Assembly (NCBI GenBank): GCA_051942245.1
Contig: JAVECL010000023.1
Location: 62,001 to 97,314 of the forward strand
Source of the DNA: Trypethelium eluteriae
Lineage: Eukaryota
Reading direction: 5' to 3'
Length of the DNA: 35,314 nucleotides
Below are positions 32,965 to 35,314 of this stretch, piece by piece. Within the stretch, counting starts at the first letter, position 1. Each line of letters opens with the position of its first letter. The notes beneath the pieces are model-generated. The model saw nothing but the letters and a program-made list of their open reading frames with translations, did not search any database and was not told the origin of the DNA. A program made the position numbers and the translations under genes.

Positions 32965-34624
32965 ATGGAATACGACACCCAGACGCGTATCATTTACTCC
33001 ATTGCCATTTTCCCCGGTCTCAGCTAACCTCCAATTATAGCACCATACAGAACTTCTGATCTGAATTCCTTTGCTTCGGTTTCCGCCCGTAAACGATGGC
33101 CTATCATAATCGTGCGTAAGGAATACTCCAGCAGGAGATTGGAAACTCACGGAAATAGACTGGGGCCATCGACGACGTCCATCGCGCCATGTACACCACT
33201 AAAGATAATGAGGTAGAAGAAGAGGGGAAAAAGATAGTGGAAGAACTCTCTAAGCTCAAATACGAACTTCAGCACAATCGGCAATTGAGTCCGCTACCCG
33301 ACGATGGAATCGAGGATATCGTGGGATACAATCAAGAGCTTTCACAATTGGGAACCCCAAAGTGGCTAGACGTGCCGTGGTTGTTTGCCGAATGTTATCT
33401 ATACAGGTCCGTCGGAGCATGTCAGCATGGTTGCTTCTCTCACTACTAAAGAGACCAGACAGGCGTATGAGCACGCTCTTCCAGCTCACGAGACACTGGA
33501 GGGATTACGATGTCTTCTCCCGCCAAAAGATGGCCACATTCAAGTCTTCTCGTCCTGCTGTCCTTGAGCTGGCTGCACGCTATAAAGAGCTCATTACGCA
33601 GCTATCATCGGATTCTGATGCCATCGCGTCCAAGTCACAAGAGGAAATCGAACAAACAGAGCACATTATCTTCACTGAAATGTGCGAAATATGCCTTTGG
33701 GGGAATGCTACCGACCTCTCGCTCCTTACGAACCTTTCCTATGATGACATTCAAAAACTCCAGGGGTCGAAGGCCCGGAAGGCGGCAGAAGCCAATATCA
33801 TAGCGAATGACCTACCGGACGCCTTCAGAATCCTGCGTAGAGCCCGGAAGAACGGTAGGGAAAAGGAAACGAGAGTTGATATCATTCTTGACAATGCTGG
33901 CTTCGAGTTGTTTGTTGACCTCATTTTAGCCGGATACCTGCTTTCGGCTGGCTTTGCATCATACATCGTCCTGCATCCCAAATCAATACCGTGGTTCGTA
34001 TCTGACGTGCTGCCCAAGGACTTTAGCGATCTGCTCAATGTCATGGCTGATCCAAAGGCCTTTTACGAAACTCCATCTGAAGATGAACAACATCGAGGGA
34101 TAACGCCGCAATCGCTGTCCGAACAGGACAATAAAGAAATCGCATTTTTGTTCCAGCATTGGAGCGAGTTACACGCAGACGGCAAGCTCGTCATCAGACC
34201 AAATCGATTTTGGACCGAGGCGGGAAGTTATTGGAGGCTGCCGAAGGCTGCTCCTTCTCTTTATGACGACCTGAAGGAGAGCGAACTGGTCATCTTCAAA
34301 GGTGATCTGAACTATCGGAAATTGACTGGTGATGTAAGTCAATGCTTTGGGCGTAAGAATACGTACCAATTTGCTGACGTTTTACCAAAGGCCATGTGGG
34401 ATCCGACGACGCCGTTCACACAAGCAATCGGGCCACTCGGTCCAAAATCCGGGATCAGAACTTTAGCATTGCGGACATGCAAGGCGGACGTGGCTGTCGG
34501 CTTACCGAAGGGAGAAGACGAGAGACTGAAGGCGTTGGACGGCGGTGGTGGTGATAGCGGCGCAAGGGAATGGGCCTGGAGCGGGAAGTGGGCCCTGGTG
34601 CAATTCAGTGATGGCAAAGCTTGA
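32965..34624 (+). CDS. ARMT1/DUF89 damage-control sugar-phosphate phosphatase (YMR027W-like), 481 aa
   Basis: Exons 32965-32986, 33041-33111, 33159-33406, 33463-34333, 34391-34624 with consistent phases. Motifs RWPIII, PWLFAECYLYRR, LWGNATDLS, DNAGFELFVDL, HPKSIPWFVSD, KGDLNYRKL, RTCKAD. Confidence 0.93.
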
Positions 34625-35055
34625 GGATACTACTGCCTCAGAGACGTGCTGAATCCAGGACGCAGAGGAAGAGCTTTATAGTTCGCTTGATAGAAATTCC
34701 CTCAGCGAATAGATAGATGAATTCTAGACATGGCACGTTGAAGCCCCCGAACAGGGTGTTGGCTCAAAGGAAGAAGGAATTTATCACAGGATAAATCCAG
34801 ATGAAATTCGCGAATAAGAATGAAGCATCGGTACCTCATATCGCGTTGATGTCGTGATGCAGTGAAAAACATCGGCGAAAATCGGACTTCGTCCGTTTTT
34901 GCGCTCTCACCAGTGTCGCTTCACTTCCTCTGCCGCAGCTAGGTAGCAAATACTGTTCCTCATGTTGACGTTCGCAACACACTTGCAATAGCCTTTGTGG
35001 CTCAACTCTTCATTGAATTGCTCGCGCATACGACTGGTTCCCTCGGATTGCTTTT

Positions 35056-35226
35056 CTATCCGCCGAGCCACGAACCATGTCCTTTCCCGATCCGCCTCCG
35101 TCCCATCCCTCCCTCTCCCGGTCCAATACCACTGCCACCCCCGGGCCCGGTGCTCGCGATGCTGACCCTCTCGACCCTCACGCAAATCTCCTGAATGTCT
35201 CGTGTTTCGACCTCCTGCTCATAGAA
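35056..35226 (-). CDS. Terminal exon of an unidentified gene entering from the right edge
   Basis: Pyrimidine-rich intron end with GCTAAT branch and TAG acceptor at 35227, then FYEQEVETRDIQEICVRVERVSIASTGPGGGSG...SWLGG-stop. Phase 0 is assumed because it gives the most protein-like reading. Confidence 0.55.
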   Translation of the reverse strand, partial: FYEQEVETRDIQEICVRVERVSIASTGPGGGSGIGPGEGGMGRRRIGKGHGSWLGG

Positions 35227-35314
35227 CTAGTACCATTAGCATATCGCTTGGCGAATGAGCAAGCGGAGAGGGAAGCTGAGTGGGTTGGCAGTGGAAAGAC
35301 TGGCAACATTCGAA

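Overview
Eukaryotic DNA from a filamentous ascomycete (Pezizomycotina-type: short GT-AG introns with CTRAY branch sites). All gene models were built by hand from splice signals and remembered family motifs; no searches were run. Left block (1-14.4 kb): 5' end of a probable Mei2-like gene, SEC15, a DUF2015 protein, a divergent eL28 ribosomal protein, SF3B4/HSH49 (needs a GC-AG intron), a four-exon TOM7 missed by the ORF track, and an 839-aa protein with a HeLo/SesA-like N-terminus but no NTPase. Middle (14.4-22.7 kb): a gene-poor stretch with three candidate orphan secreted or membrane proteins. Right block: SMI1/KNR4, a disrupted BuaE-like gene head-to-head with a Zn2Cys6 transcription factor, a PcaB/Tad1-like lyase, an ARMT1/DUF89 phosphatase and the last exon of an unknown gene. 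No tRNA, rRNA, CRISPR array or intact transposon was recognised. No clearly new multi-gene system can be established from sequence alone. The best leads are the Tad1-like lyase neighbourhood, the stop-interrupted BuaE-like gene, the atypical eL28, the splice switches in SF3B4 and TOM7, and the secreted-protein island.
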